Shown here: one piece after another, positions 9,613 to 19,597 of the stretch
Position numbering within the stretch: the stretch's first letter is position 1
Layout: each line of letters starts with the position of its first letter
NCBI GenBank assembly: GCA_049968255.1
Contig: JBMFRB010000001.1
Coordinates: 96,001-160,000 of the forward strand
DNA: 64,000 nucleotides
Reading direction: 5' to 3'
Origin: Candidatus Sumerlaeaceae bacterium
GTDB taxonomy: Bacteria > Sumerlaeota > Sumerlaeia > Sumerlaeales > Sumerlaeaceae
The notes under the pieces: generated by a model
Database searches by the model: none
The model's input: only the letters and a program-made list of their open reading frames with translations
Told to the model about the DNA's origin: nothing
Position numbers and translations under genes: made by a program

Positions 9613-10845
9613 TTACGCCCTGCTTACACTTTTTCCTGCGAAGCTCTGCGACCCACGGGCTAACACATATGAACCTATAACAAGCAGAGCGAAGATACCC
9701 CACATGATCAGATGATTGCGCCAGAGGACCTCGAGCGTGGCGCCGAGCAAACACGCAACCGAGAAGGGAAGGAGAACCTTCAAGCAGGCGAACATTACCT
9801 GGTCAATGCGAACACGTGGCAAAGTCCAGCGCAGCCACAACATGACAAAGAGCAAAACAGAGGTCTTGGCCAAAAGCTGGAACAGTCCAAGGAAGGGCCG
9901 ACCTGCTGCATCAAAAGGGAAATTCCAACCACCGAGGAAAAGGATCGAGGCGACAGCACTGAGCAGCACCATGACAGCATACTCAGCCAGAAAGAAAAAC
10001 GCAAAGCGCATCCCGCTGTATTCCGTATGGAAACCGCTCACAAGCTCGCTTTCCGCCTCCGGCAGATCAAAGGGTGCACGCTTGGCGCTTGCTAAACTGG
10101 CAACGTAGAACAGGAAAAATGCGAGGAAAGCCCACGGGGAGATGAGGACAAACGGGAGAATTCGTTGCTGATTCGCGATTTCAGTAAAATTAAGCGATCC
10201 CGCCAGCGTGACGATGACAAGAGCGCTGAGGCCGAGTGGAATCTCGTAGCTCATCATCTGAGCCGCAAGGCGCATTCCACCATAAAGCGACCACTTAGAA
10301 TTCGGGGCCCAACCAGCCATAACCACACCGATCACCTCGATAGACGCGAAAGCGAGCACAAAAAACAGTGCCAAATCCATGTTGGCGACGACAAGCTTAT
10401 CGGCAAAAGGGAGCGCAACAAAAGGAACTATCGCGCCCACGAGCACCAAGGTGGGCGCAAGCGAGAATAGCAGTTTGTGCGCCTGGGCGGGAACAATGTC
10501 TTCCTTCAGGAAAAGCTTTAGGCCGTCGGCAATACTCTGCAAAATGCCGTGCCACCCCACACGCATGGGACCGAGTCGACTCTGGATGTGGCCTGCGACC
10601 TTGCGCTCCAAGTAAACGAGAATCATAACTGCAAGGCTCACAAATGCGAGGATGACGGCGAATCCAATAAGAATCGTAATCACCGCCGCAAGACTATCTG
10701 GGATTTGAGCTCCGGGCCAGATCCGAACTGAAAACACGCTGTGCGGCGTGGCGAGGAATTGTTGAATTGCCGCGGCAAGATCGAGTGCCGGGCTCGGCTG
10801 ATCGCTAAGCAAAGGTGCTTGCATTGCGGGACCTCGCACTAACAA
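9613..10845 (-). CDS. nuoH: NADH-quinone oxidoreductase subunit H (start uncertain)
   Basis: Motifs ERKVAGHIQSRLGPMRVG, ADGLKLFLKEDIVP, AAQMMSYEIP, RAPFDLPEAESELVSGFHTEYSG, WLRWTLPRVRIDQ. Confidence 0.93.
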   Translation of the reverse strand: MLVRGPAMQAPLLSDQPSPALDLAAAIQQFLATPHSVFSVRIWPGAQIPDSLAAVITILIGFAVILAFVSLAVMILVYLERKVAGHIQSRLGPMRVGWHGILQSIADGLKLFLKEDIVPAQAHKLLFSLAPTLVLVGAIVPFVALPFADKLVVANMDLALFFVLAFASIEVIGVVMAGWAPNSKWSLYGGMRLAAQMMSYEIPLGLSALVIVTLAGSLNFTEIANQQRILPFVLISPWAFLAFFLFYVASLASAKRAPFDLPEAESELVSGFHTEYSGMRFAFFFLAEYAVMVLLSAVASILFLGGWNFPFDAAGRPFLGLFQLLAKTSVLLFVMLWLRWTLPRVRIDQVMFACLKVLLPFSVACLLGATLEVLWRNHLIMWGIFALLVIGSYVLARGSQSFAGKSVSRA

Positions 10846-10918
10846 GTGATTAAGGTAAGCTTATTCATTCAGATTGCCCAACATTGGCAAAGCCTTAAGG
10901 AAAAGCTTTGTGCCAACG

Positions 10919-12049
10919 CTATCCGCGTACAAGCCCACGTTGCTCTAATTCGCGGTGTGCTTGTTCAACTTTGTCCACAGCTTCCACACTGGCTGACCAC
11001 GCCACAAGGTCGCGCAATCCTTCTTCAAGGGGAATTCGTGCAGCCCATCCAAGGGCGTTGATCTTGGCGGGGTCGCCATAGCAATGGCGGATGTCCCCGG
11101 CGCGGAAGCGGCGGGTAACAAGCGGCTCGAGATCCTCACGCCCATTGAGCTTGGCAAGCAGCCGAGCCAGATCGAGAATCGAAGTGGGACGGCCTGTGCA
11201 AATGTTGTAAGCATCGAGGTTCGCGTTGGGATTCTCGAGCAGGAACAATTTCGCTTCGACGATGTCGCGCACGCAGATGAAATCCCGAACCTGTTTGCCA
11301 TCTTCGTAAATCAGAGGAGGGTTGCCATTTTTGATTCGTGAAAGGAAAATGGCGGCAGCGCCCGTGTAGGGATTCGACAGCGACTGCCGTGGGCCATAAA
11401 CGTTGAAGTAACGGCAAGCCACCACAGACAGGCGATGAGCTCGCCCCACAACAATGGTGTACTCTTCTTGATCCTTCTTGTTGAGCGCGTAAACAGAGGT
11501 GCAATAAAGGGGTTTTGTTTCGGGAGTGGGCACAGCCTGCAAAATCTCGCCGGTCTCGGGGTCGTGAACTTCGAAATCGTGGCGCTCAAGCTGCTCTTCA
11601 GGGCGAAGCATGGGGTAAACAATTTTGCCGTCAGAGGGTCGCCGATAGGCGCCCTCGCCATAGATACTCATCGAACTGGCGACGAGTAGGCGCTCGACAT
11701 GCTGGCATTCGTTGATGATGAGATCTAACAAGTTTGCTGTTCCGGTTGTGTTGACATCGGTGTAGCGAAGGATCTGATATTGAGATTGTCCCACTCCCAC
11801 CATCGCTGCATCGTGAATGACGGCGTCCACGCCATCGAGCGCCTTTTTCAGCACATCCCGGTCGCGCACGTCGCCGCGGATGAACTCGGCCTCTTTATTC
11901 AGGTAGTCGGGGGGCGTGTCGCGGTGCCCATGCACCTGCGGCTCAAGATTGTCGAGCACACGAACTTTATAGCCTCGTTCGACGAGTAAATCCACCATAT
12001 GTGAGCCGATGAAGCCAGCCCCACCTGTCACCAAAACACGGTTGAACAT
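10919..12049 (-). CDS. NAD-dependent epimerase/dehydratase (extended SDR, nucleotide-sugar)
   Basis: VLVTGGAGFIGSH, YALNK (YxxxK), RYFNVYGPRQ. Start trimmed to MFNRVL. Confidence 0.9.
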   Translation of the reverse strand: MFNRVLVTGGAGFIGSHMVDLLVERGYKVRVLDNLEPQVHGHRDTPPDYLNKEAEFIRGDVRDRDVLKKALDGVDAVIHDAAMVGVGQSQYQILRYTDVNTTGTANLLDLIINECQHVERLLVASSMSIYGEGAYRRPSDGKIVYPMLRPEEQLERHDFEVHDPETGEILQAVPTPETKPLYCTSVYALNKKDQEEYTIVVGRAHRLSVVACRYFNVYGPRQSLSNPYTGAAAIFLSRIKNGNPPLIYEDGKQVRDFICVRDIVEAKLFLLENPNANLDAYNICTGRPTSILDLARLLAKLNGREDLEPLVTRRFRAGDIRHCYGDPAKINALGWAARIPLEEGLRDLVAWSASVEAVDKVEQAHRELEQRGLVRG

Positions 12050-12190
12050 AGTTTCCAACTCCTCACGCTGGATGCGCGGCATTGTGCGCGCGCTTACACA
12101 TTCCATGCTGCACGCTATCGGGTGATAAGCGCACGGCAAGAGAGAAGTTTTATAGCGCCGGGTAGATCTCCTTGGCAGACACGGGAAGGC

Positions 12191-13504
12191 TTACCCTTTC
12201 CACACACCTGGGATCGGCGTCAGGCAATACTCGCAACGGCCATCGCGCAGGTGCATCGCCGTGACAGCAAAAATATCGCGTTCGACGATTGCTTTTTTGC
12301 AGTGGGGGCAAAACGTGGTTCCAGCGTCAGGAATCTCCATGACATTCCCAATATAGACGTAGCGCAAGCCTGCGGCACGTGCTTCATCGCGAGCGCGTTC
12401 GAGGATGGTGACGGGGGTCGGGGGTAAATGCGTGAGCCGATGCGCAGGATGAAAACGTGAAAAGTGCAGGGGAACATCCGGGCTAACCTCGTGGGCTAGC
12501 CACTCGCACATGCGACGGATGGTGGTAAGATTATCAGTGTACGTCGGCACAATAAGGTTGATGATCTCAACCCACACACCTTCCTCTCGCAGCGTTCGTA
12601 TGGCATCGAGCACCGGCTGAAGATGACCGGAGTTGAGCTTCATGTAGGTTGCCTCGTCGAAGCCTTTGAGGTCCACATGGGCTGCATCGAGATAACGCGC
12701 TAACTCGCGCAGTGGCTCGGTGCGAATGTATCCGCTTGTGACGAGGATATTTTTCACACCGGCGCTCCGAGCTTTTTGAGCGGTATCGTAGGTGTATTCG
12801 TACCATGCGACGGGCTCTGAATAGGTGTAGGATATAGAGGGGGAACCACTGGCCTTTGCCAAGGCGACGACGTCGTCGGGCGTCATTGTAAGCCTGGCTA
12901 ATTCTTCCAAGCTTGCCGGTGGGGGCGCGCCGGGACGAAAACGAAACTCTGGGCCGTCGGCTTTCTTTGTCTCCTCAGGGCGTTTTTGCGAGATCTCCCA
13001 ATTTTGGCAATTCATGCAACGCAGGACACAGCCAGCAATGGCGAGCGAGAACGTGCGGCTTCCTGGCAAAAAATGAAACAGCGGTTTTTTCTCCACAGGG
13101 TCTAAGTGGAACGAGCACGGGTTGCTGTAGGCGAGCGTATAGAGCGTGCCGCCGCGATTGATGCGCGTCCGGCAATGGCTGCGGTCGCCTGGTTCAAGCG
13201 CGCACCGATTGGGACAGATCGTGCATTGGACGTTCGCACCATCCTTACGGTAAAACATTGCCTCCCGAATCCACCCACGACGTTGCCACATTTCGAATGT
13301 GTTGTCGTCGGGCGCGCCCTTTTTGAAGACGCCCGGATTGTCCTGCGTGGCGTCTGTGATTGCTGACGAGCTGAAAAGCCATCCCCACGACGCGCTGGCC
13401 CAGCATGCCATTCCCCCAGCGATTCCAAGACGGAGCAGATCACGACGCGAAAGTAGAAGCTGTTCCCATCGCCTGTCGTCGCTTATGTTCTGGCGATCCT
13501 TCAT
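12191..13504 (-). CDS. AmmeMemoRadiSAM system radical SAM enzyme with N-terminal twin-arginine-like signal
   Basis: CxxxCxxC motif (GCVLRCMNCQNWEISQ), DPVEKKPLFHFLPG, SISYTYSEP, C-terminal CPHC...CEYC. The N-terminus reads SRRDLLRLGIAGGMACWASA. Confidence 0.9.
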   Translation of the reverse strand: MKDRQNISDDRRWEQLLLSRRDLLRLGIAGGMACWASASWGWLFSSSAITDATQDNPGVFKKGAPDDNTFEMWQRRGWIREAMFYRKDGANVQCTICPNRCALEPGDRSHCRTRINRGGTLYTLAYSNPCSFHLDPVEKKPLFHFLPGSRTFSLAIAGCVLRCMNCQNWEISQKRPEETKKADGPEFRFRPGAPPPASLEELARLTMTPDDVVALAKASGSPSISYTYSEPVAWYEYTYDTAQKARSAGVKNILVTSGYIRTEPLRELARYLDAAHVDLKGFDEATYMKLNSGHLQPVLDAIRTLREEGVWVEIINLIVPTYTDNLTTIRRMCEWLAHEVSPDVPLHFSRFHPAHRLTHLPPTPVTILERARDEARAAGLRYVYIGNVMEIPDAGTTFCPHCKKAIVERDIFAVTAMHLRDGRCEYCLTPIPGVWKG

Positions 13505-13546
13505 TGCCGGTTTCCCTTACTAAATTACCCATGGCTGCAGGATTTC

Positions 13547-15766
13547 TCACAGCGATTCCGAACTTCTCGCAACCTGTCGGGGTGCTGCGACGAAAAAAGC
13601 TGTGGAAGCGAGAAATAAGCCACAGACTGCTGCGGGAATCATCATTCCTAATGCGGGGACGAATAAGGTGGCGAAGAGGACCGCCCCCAGTGCTCCGCCA
13701 ACAAAATCTGCAGAATAGAGCTGTGAAGCGCGTGCTGTGAGCTCCTGCTCAGCTATCCTACTGCATAGTGCAAAGACCGCGCCAGTGGCGGCGCCGAGCG
13801 CCAAGAGTTCGCCGGCAAAGAGCCACTCAACTAGCCAGATTCTCAGCTGTGACAGGTGTGGACGAGAGGCCATGCTATTGCAAATGAAGGGGAGAGCAAC
13901 CACAATCACCGCATGTGCGGCGGCCAATGCCGCATTAGACAAAAGGGAAATCAATAAGGCACGGTGCAACGCATCTACCCGCCGCGTGGCTCGCACACCT
14001 ATCGCCAACCCTGCCATGAACAGCGTGATGAGGAGTGCCGAGAGGTAGTAGAGAGTTCCCGCGACGGTTTGCACCGCGGCAAGGGCAAGATATTCTAGGC
14101 CCGAGGCGCTGAAACCTGTGGCGAAAACTGGCCACTGCAGACGGCGCATTCTCCACGCGTACATGAAGAGGATGACAAGCAACCCTGCCTCAAGAAGACC
14201 GAACCGAAAGCCATACTCGCGCAGCCATCTCCGCAGCGCGAAATGATTTGCAATGGGGAAGAAGTCCGCATTTTCGGGCGCATGCGCTGATTGCGCGCGT
14301 TCGAGTGCGGCGATTCGGTCAGGAGCAGCAACCGTGGCAGCCAAGAAACTTGGCCGCACGTAAACCGTGCGAAGGTTACGCTGCGCGAATGCACCTGCTA
14401 AATCGGTAGCAAGCGGCCTGTCGGAGGCGAGGAGCAAGATTAGGTCCGAGGGCAATAGGCGGACATGGTGAAACTCTGCACCAAATGCGCGAGACACCGA
14501 GGCAATAAGCTGTGCGCGAGGAGCATCGAAGTACTCCGTGTATTCGCCTAATGGCAATGCAATGACCCCTCCCGATTTCAATGCATCCCGCGCTGTGCGT
14601 GCAAATTCCCTCGTGAAATAGCGATTGGCGAGAAGTGTGGTTGGCAATGCTTCGTCCACAAGAATGACATCTATCTCGCTTCGATATCTTGCTAAAAAAT
14701 TGCGCGCGTCGTCGAGCACGACATGGACATGCGTGCCGCTTGCAAAGTCACCTCGATCGCTTAAAGCAGCCTCAAGTGCAGGATCGGGCTGGACGAATGT
14801 CACGTCGGCGACGCCATGTTGCTGAATCGCGACCAACACATCGCGTCGGGGCGGGCCAATCACCAGAACATGCTTCGGCGCAGGATGTGCCAACAGGGGC
14901 AAATGAACGAACTGCTCAACCGACTCCGGAGTATCGGTCGAAAACATTGGCGCCCCATTTCGGAAATAAGTGCGCTGCCCCCCTAGCTCGCTGACAATAA
15001 TTTGTCCGTACGGCGAACGGCCTTCAAACACAAGTTTGCCTGCGGGAATCAGCCAAGAAAGAGAAGGTCGTTCCATAAACGCCCCGACCACGAGCGCCAA
15101 CACGGCTAACGCGATCCAAGCGAAGCGGACGTCCATGAGCTTGCGCAAAGCGGGCAGCGGATCTGCGAGAGCTGCACTTACAAGCGCCACCGCGACAAGA
15201 GCTGACGTCTGCAAATGCCCCAACCACCGAGAGAGAACAAAAGCAAAAAGTACACCTCCGATTAGGCTACCCACAGCATCCAAGAGGTAGCTCTGGCTAA
15301 TGCCAAATTCCCTCTCATTGAGGGCAAGCCGCTGCGTGTTGCGCACAAGGAAAAAAGCGCTCAGCGAACAAAAAGGTATTTGGGCAAGTGTGGCGACGGT
15401 GAGCTGCGCCGACAACCCTAAGCCGCCCCCCGCCAGGAAAAGAGTATGGCGGGCCGAGCGCAGCGCAAGAATCGTCAACAATGGGAAAACCGCCAGCAGT
15501 GCCCAGAGCCACCGCTCGCCAACGCTAAGGCGGCCGGCACGGGGCGGACACCATCGCGCCAAGGCGCTGGCTAAACCACCAAAAAGAAGCCAGCTGCCAA
15601 GAGCGAGCCCGATGAGATATTCGTTGCCTCCGTAGGAGCCCATGAGCTCACGAAGAAGCGCGAACTGCACCCAAGGCGCTGTCAGCCCCAGGGCTAAGAT
15701 TTTCAGCCGAAGCTGACGCCCGCAAAAGCTTCCCCTGGTCGACGATGATGCGCTCTCGAACGCCAT
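13547..15766 (-). CDS. Fused multi-pass membrane / spermidine synthase-like (class I SAM-binding fold) protein
   Basis: N- and C-terminal TM bundles (QFALLRELM...GGNE; LYSADFVGGALG) flank SPYGQIIV..HLPLLAHPAPKHVLVIG..DDARNFL..DVILVD. Confidence 0.8.
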   Translation of the reverse strand: MAFESASSSTRGSFCGRQLRLKILALGLTAPWVQFALLRELMGSYGGNEYLIGLALGSWLLFGGLASALARWCPPRAGRLSVGERWLWALLAVFPLLTILALRSARHTLFLAGGGLGLSAQLTVATLAQIPFCSLSAFFLVRNTQRLALNEREFGISQSYLLDAVGSLIGGVLFAFVLSRWLGHLQTSALVAVALVSAALADPLPALRKLMDVRFAWIALAVLALVVGAFMERPSLSWLIPAGKLVFEGRSPYGQIIVSELGGQRTYFRNGAPMFSTDTPESVEQFVHLPLLAHPAPKHVLVIGPPRRDVLVAIQQHGVADVTFVQPDPALEAALSDRGDFASGTHVHVVLDDARNFLARYRSEIDVILVDEALPTTLLANRYFTREFARTARDALKSGGVIALPLGEYTEYFDAPRAQLIASVSRAFGAEFHHVRLLPSDLILLLASDRPLATDLAGAFAQRNLRTVYVRPSFLAATVAAPDRIAALERAQSAHAPENADFFPIANHFALRRWLREYGFRFGLLEAGLLVILFMYAWRMRRLQWPVFATGFSASGLEYLALAAVQTVAGTLYYLSALLITLFMAGLAIGVRATRRVDALHRALLISLLSNAALAAAHAVIVVALPFICNSMASRPHLSQLRIWLVEWLFAGELLALGAATGAVFALCSRIAEQELTARASQLYSADFVGGALGAVLFATLFVPALGMMIPAAVCGLFLASTAFFVAAPRQVARSSESL

Positions 15767-15782
15767 GTTCCGAGCCGCAGCG

Positions 15783-17426
15783 CTAACGGTGCTCGCCCTC
15801 GTGGAACGCCTGCACCTCATAGGTCATCACGCTGACGTTTGGTCCACGCCAAGCATCGGGCAGACGTCCCGCCTTCCGGCTAAGATGCGCAAGAAACATC
15901 TCTTTATCCGGAAGCTGCTCCCACACTTGAGGTAGGAATGTCGCCATGGCGGAGCCAATTTTCAGAACCACGCCATCGCGGTACGGTCGCAACTTTGCCA
16001 ACAAATCCTGGGGCGAGGAGAATTGGAGCGGCTTGGGCACCGTGAGGACGCTCACTTCGACCTCGATGCTCGGCAGCTCATAGGGTGTCACGGGCGAAAA
16101 GCGTGGATCCTCGAGCGCGGCCGCCCAGGAATTGTCTATGACAGCCAGATAAAGGGGTTCTTGCGGAAAGATGTGACCGATACACCCACGGAGTTCACCG
16201 TGCTTGGTCAGTGTGACAAAACATCCCTTCGGGACCTTGAGCGAAGCGGGTAACGTGGTGGCGTCCACTTGCAGGCGCTTGTGGGAGCGGACAGCTTCTT
16301 CAAGCGCTGCTCGGGCCAATCGCACGACGATTGCACCCTCCTCGTGCGTCAATGTCCCTGTCGTTTCTGAGTTCTTTGCTGCGCCAATGTTCGGTTCAAA
16401 AGAGGGGCCTACCCCATCATGTCCGCCTCCTTTCGATTTTATCTCCCGAGCAGGTTGTGCAGAATTCATGCCAGCGTCCTCGTAGAATGCGACTGCGGCG
16501 TAACCAACGACGCGCGCCTTGTCTCCCGCCGTGTCGCCACTATTGCGGTAGTCGAGGAGCACTGGACTCCAGCCAAAGTGCTTGGCCAGCTCCATCACGA
16601 CCATGATAGGAATTTTTCCACAAGCTTGCTGATCAGCCATGCGGCGCGTATCAAGGGAACATATTGCAGTGACACAGCTCGAATCCAGCCGCTGAGCTAT
16701 GTCATAAGGGTAGTAATGACTCAAATCGGAACTTGCAACGACGAGGGTATGAGCGTCGATGTACGGCGCCAGGGCTTTCGCGATCTCTTGGGGATCTGCC
16801 TCGCCGCACAGCAGAGGAACAAGTGTGAATTGGCTAAGCACGCGCTGAAGAAAAGGCAACTGTACTTCGAGAGAATGCTCGAAGGTGTCGGGGCGTAGAT
16901 CGTGCGAGGCCCCCTTCTGCCATGCAGGCACATGCATGCGTGCTTGCGGATGATATGAGAACGGCGGGTGGGCTGCAAGTTTGTCGCACAGCGGATCGAG
17001 ATTCACTCGGCCCAGCGGCGTTTGATAGTGCGCCGGTGTGATAGCCACGCCGCAGAATTCGGCATAGTGGCTAGGCGCAAGAATCATAACGCGCGAGAAA
17101 GCAGTCCCTTTTGCTGCAGCATAGGCCGTGGCTGCAACAGGGCCCGAGTACGGATAGCCTGCATGCGGGGCCACTAGAGCTCGCAAGCGCGACGTGGTCG
17201 TCGCAACATTCGCTTGCGCAAGCAAGCGATCAACAGTGGCCGCGAGTTCTGCACGGTCGGCGGGATAAAATGCCCCTGCCACGGCGGCCGATCTTACCAC
17301 CTCAAGTGGGATGCTGCAAGCTGTGGGTTCACCGGCTGCGCCAGAGAAAGAATAGCGGAGAAAAATAATAGGCACAAGAATCGCGATTGCCGCGAAGATG
17401 GAATGTTTCTGCAATTGGTTGCACAT
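15783..17426 (-). CDS. Fused AmmeMemoRadiSAM protein B (MEMO1) and protein A (AMMECR1) with N-terminal hydrophobic export or anchor segment
   Basis: MEMO1 motifs (AVAGAFYP, PHAGYPYSG, EHSLEVQLPFLQ, SSDLSHY) are followed by AMMECR1 motifs (GCFVTLTKHGELRGCIG, DPRFSPV, ATFLPQVWEQ). Confidence 0.9.
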   Translation of the reverse strand: MCNQLQKHSIFAAIAILVPIIFLRYSFSGAAGEPTACSIPLEVVRSAAVAGAFYPADRAELAATVDRLLAQANVATTTSRLRALVAPHAGYPYSGPVAATAYAAAKGTAFSRVMILAPSHYAEFCGVAITPAHYQTPLGRVNLDPLCDKLAAHPPFSYHPQARMHVPAWQKGASHDLRPDTFEHSLEVQLPFLQRVLSQFTLVPLLCGEADPQEIAKALAPYIDAHTLVVASSDLSHYYPYDIAQRLDSSCVTAICSLDTRRMADQQACGKIPIMVVMELAKHFGWSPVLLDYRNSGDTAGDKARVVGYAAVAFYEDAGMNSAQPAREIKSKGGGHDGVGPSFEPNIGAAKNSETTGTLTHEEGAIVVRLARAALEEAVRSHKRLQVDATTLPASLKVPKGCFVTLTKHGELRGCIGHIFPQEPLYLAVIDNSWAAALEDPRFSPVTPYELPSIEVEVSVLTVPKPLQFSSPQDLLAKLRPYRDGVVLKIGSAMATFLPQVWEQLPDKEMFLAHLSRKAGRLPDAWRGPNVSVMTYEVQAFHEGEHR

Positions 17427-17516
17427 CGCACGTCACCCCTCGCAATGTATGTTCTAACATTCAGACGCTTCGGCAAGAGTTTTCAAAAAGCATGTCGAGA
17501 AAAAGGACGAAGAGAC

Positions 17517-17957
17517 GTGTCGGAGTTCGGTGTGCGTGATGAAAAAGAGGAAGCACTGCGGGCAAAGATGGCCCGGCTCGGTATTCGCGAAGAAGACCTA
17601 GTCGAGAAATTCGTGCGGTCTGGTGGCCATGGCGGGCAAAAGCTCAACAAAACAGCGACTTGCGTTTATCTTCGCCACGTACCAACCGGTATGGAGGTCA
17701 AGTGCCAGCGGGAGCGCTCCCAAGCACTGAATCGTTTCTTGGCGCGGCGTATCCTCGTCGAAAAAATCGAGGCAGAACTCCTCGGCAGGAAAAGTGCTCG
17801 AGTGCAGAAGATTGAGAAGGCCCAACGCCAAAAGCGCAAGCGTGCCAAGCGCGCTGCAAAGAAACATGCTGCAGAGAAACATAAGGTGTTGGCATACGAA
17901 CCAGCCCCCAACGAAGACAAAAAAGCACAGACACCTCGCGCGGAGCCTGAGCCATGA
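17517..17957 (+). CDS. Peptide chain release factor-like protein (ArfB/YaeJ-type ribosome rescue)
   Basis: FVRSGGHGGQKLNKT (GGQ motif), RSQALNR, basic C-terminal tail. GTG start chosen after an AAGGA RBS. Confidence 0.85.
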   Translation: MSEFGVRDEKEEALRAKMARLGIREEDLVEKFVRSGGHGGQKLNKTATCVYLRHVPTGMEVKCQRERSQALNRFLARRILVEKIEAELLGRKSARVQKIEKAQRQKRKRAKRAAKKHAAEKHKVLAYEPAPNEDKKAQTPRAEPEP

Positions 17958-18151
17958 TAGTTGAATAGTTCAAAATTTCTTTTCTGTCTCTCCCCTGCCG
18001 TTGCAGTGGACACCACACTTTTCCTGACGAGGGGAAGTGCCCTCTACCTCCGGCCCTTCTTGCCTCTTTATCTTAACCTGCCTGACCGCAGGCGATTGAC
18101 GAGCTGCAGCTCATTCAGATCATTCGCCTTCCATCGTTGCCGGAGCCGTCG

Positions 18152-19276
18152 TCAGAGTGATTTCGCCAGCGTGTTGAGGATTTCCAGGCCCTGGGCAAGT
18201 TTGTCGTCGGTGGTGGCGTAAGAAATTCGGAAATGCGTGTCGCGCTGCGAGAAAACGTTGCCGGGAATGACCAGGACATTGTTTTCAATGGCTTTTGTCA
18301 CAAAATCCGTGGCCGACATTGCCTTGGGAGCAGGCACGAAGGCGTAGAATGCGCCAGCTGGTTTTACAAGTTCAAACGAATCACGCAGCGCCTCGTAGAC
18401 CATATCGCGCTTGCGCTTATAGGCAGCCACCTGCTGCGACATGTCCGTCTGCAGAGCCACCGGACCGGCAGCCTGCGCCATGCTTGGCGCACAGACAAAG
18501 CTATATTGCTGCAAGGTCGTCATTTTTTCGATCACAGACTTAGGCCCAGTGACGTAAGCCATGCGCCAGCCTGTCATGGCGTAGCTTTTCGAAAAGCCGC
18601 GCATAAGGATTGTGTTCTCGTATATCTCGGCAAGGCTCACAAAAGGCGCATCGTAGCAGAAGAGATTGTAGATTTCATCCGAAATGACGAGGAGATTGTG
18701 GCGCCGCGCCATCTCGGCAATGTCTTCGAGTTCTTCGCGCGTGTAGATTGCCCCGCTCGGATTGCAGGGACTATTGACGACGAGAAGTTTCGTTCGCGGC
18801 GTGATGGCAGCCTCAATTTTGTCGAGTGGCGGACGAAAATCAGGATAGGTGTCAATGAGGACAGGCACGCCACCTGCGAGACGCACCTGGTGAAGATACA
18901 TAACAAAATAGGGATCAAGGATGATGACTTCGTCGCCGGGATTCACCAGCACGAAAAAGGCTAGCATCAGGGCACCTGAAACACCGCTAGTGACGAGGAT
19001 GGGCGGCACTTCGGACCAACCGAACTCTTTGCGCAAGTCGGCAGCGATGGCTTCCCGCAGTTCAGCAATGCCCTGCGTCTGAGTGTATTTGTTCTGCCCC
19101 CGGCGAATGGCCTCGATAGCAGCCTCCTTAATGGGATCAGGAACGTCAAAGTCCGGCTGGCCGATGGAGAGATTGATCGGATCCTTCATTGTGGCAGCTA
19201 AATCGAAGACTTTGCGTATGCCGCTGGCATCGAGATTGGCCACACGATCAGCAATCGGAGATTTCATTTCGGACAT
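18152..19276 (-). CDS. PLP-dependent aminotransferase class I/II
   Basis: INLSIGQPDFD, NSPCNPSG, ISDEIY, GFSKSYAMTGWRM. Confidence 0.92.
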   Translation of the reverse strand: MSEMKSPIADRVANLDASGIRKVFDLAATMKDPINLSIGQPDFDVPDPIKEAAIEAIRRGQNKYTQTQGIAELREAIAADLRKEFGWSEVPPILVTSGVSGALMLAFFVLVNPGDEVIILDPYFVMYLHQVRLAGGVPVLIDTYPDFRPPLDKIEAAITPRTKLLVVNSPCNPSGAIYTREELEDIAEMARRHNLLVISDEIYNLFCYDAPFVSLAEIYENTILMRGFSKSYAMTGWRMAYVTGPKSVIEKMTTLQQYSFVCAPSMAQAAGPVALQTDMSQQVAAYKRKRDMVYEALRDSFELVKPAGAFYAFVPAPKAMSATDFVTKAIENNVLVIPGNVFSQRDTHFRISYATTDDKLAQGLEILNTLAKSL

Positions 19277-19597
19277 GGTCTCACCCTATGAAAGCGATAA
19301 CTTTTGCGAAAGCTGAGGTGATGAAGAAACGGAACGCAAGAAGAAGGAGCGGGAAGCGAGTGCTATCGACAAAAAAAGCCAAGTGAATGTTAGGTCCGCC
19401 GCTGGCCGGCGCGCTGCCCGAAACCAACTTCTGGCTAAGCGGGAGCTGGTCAAGGCGTATGCGAGATGCCTCTAGGGGGAAGAAGGCGCATGAGGCGCCG
19501 AAGGGAAAGAGACGTCAGGAGAGAAAAACACCCGTTTGGTACGGACGAAAATTCGCCCTTGAAAGAAAAGATGCGGTAGGATGAGCTTGCACCTACT

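Noticed and set aside
10895-10916. TGGCAC upstream of nuoH as a sigma-54 promoter
   Set aside because: There is no GC at the -12 position (it reads TTTTCC).
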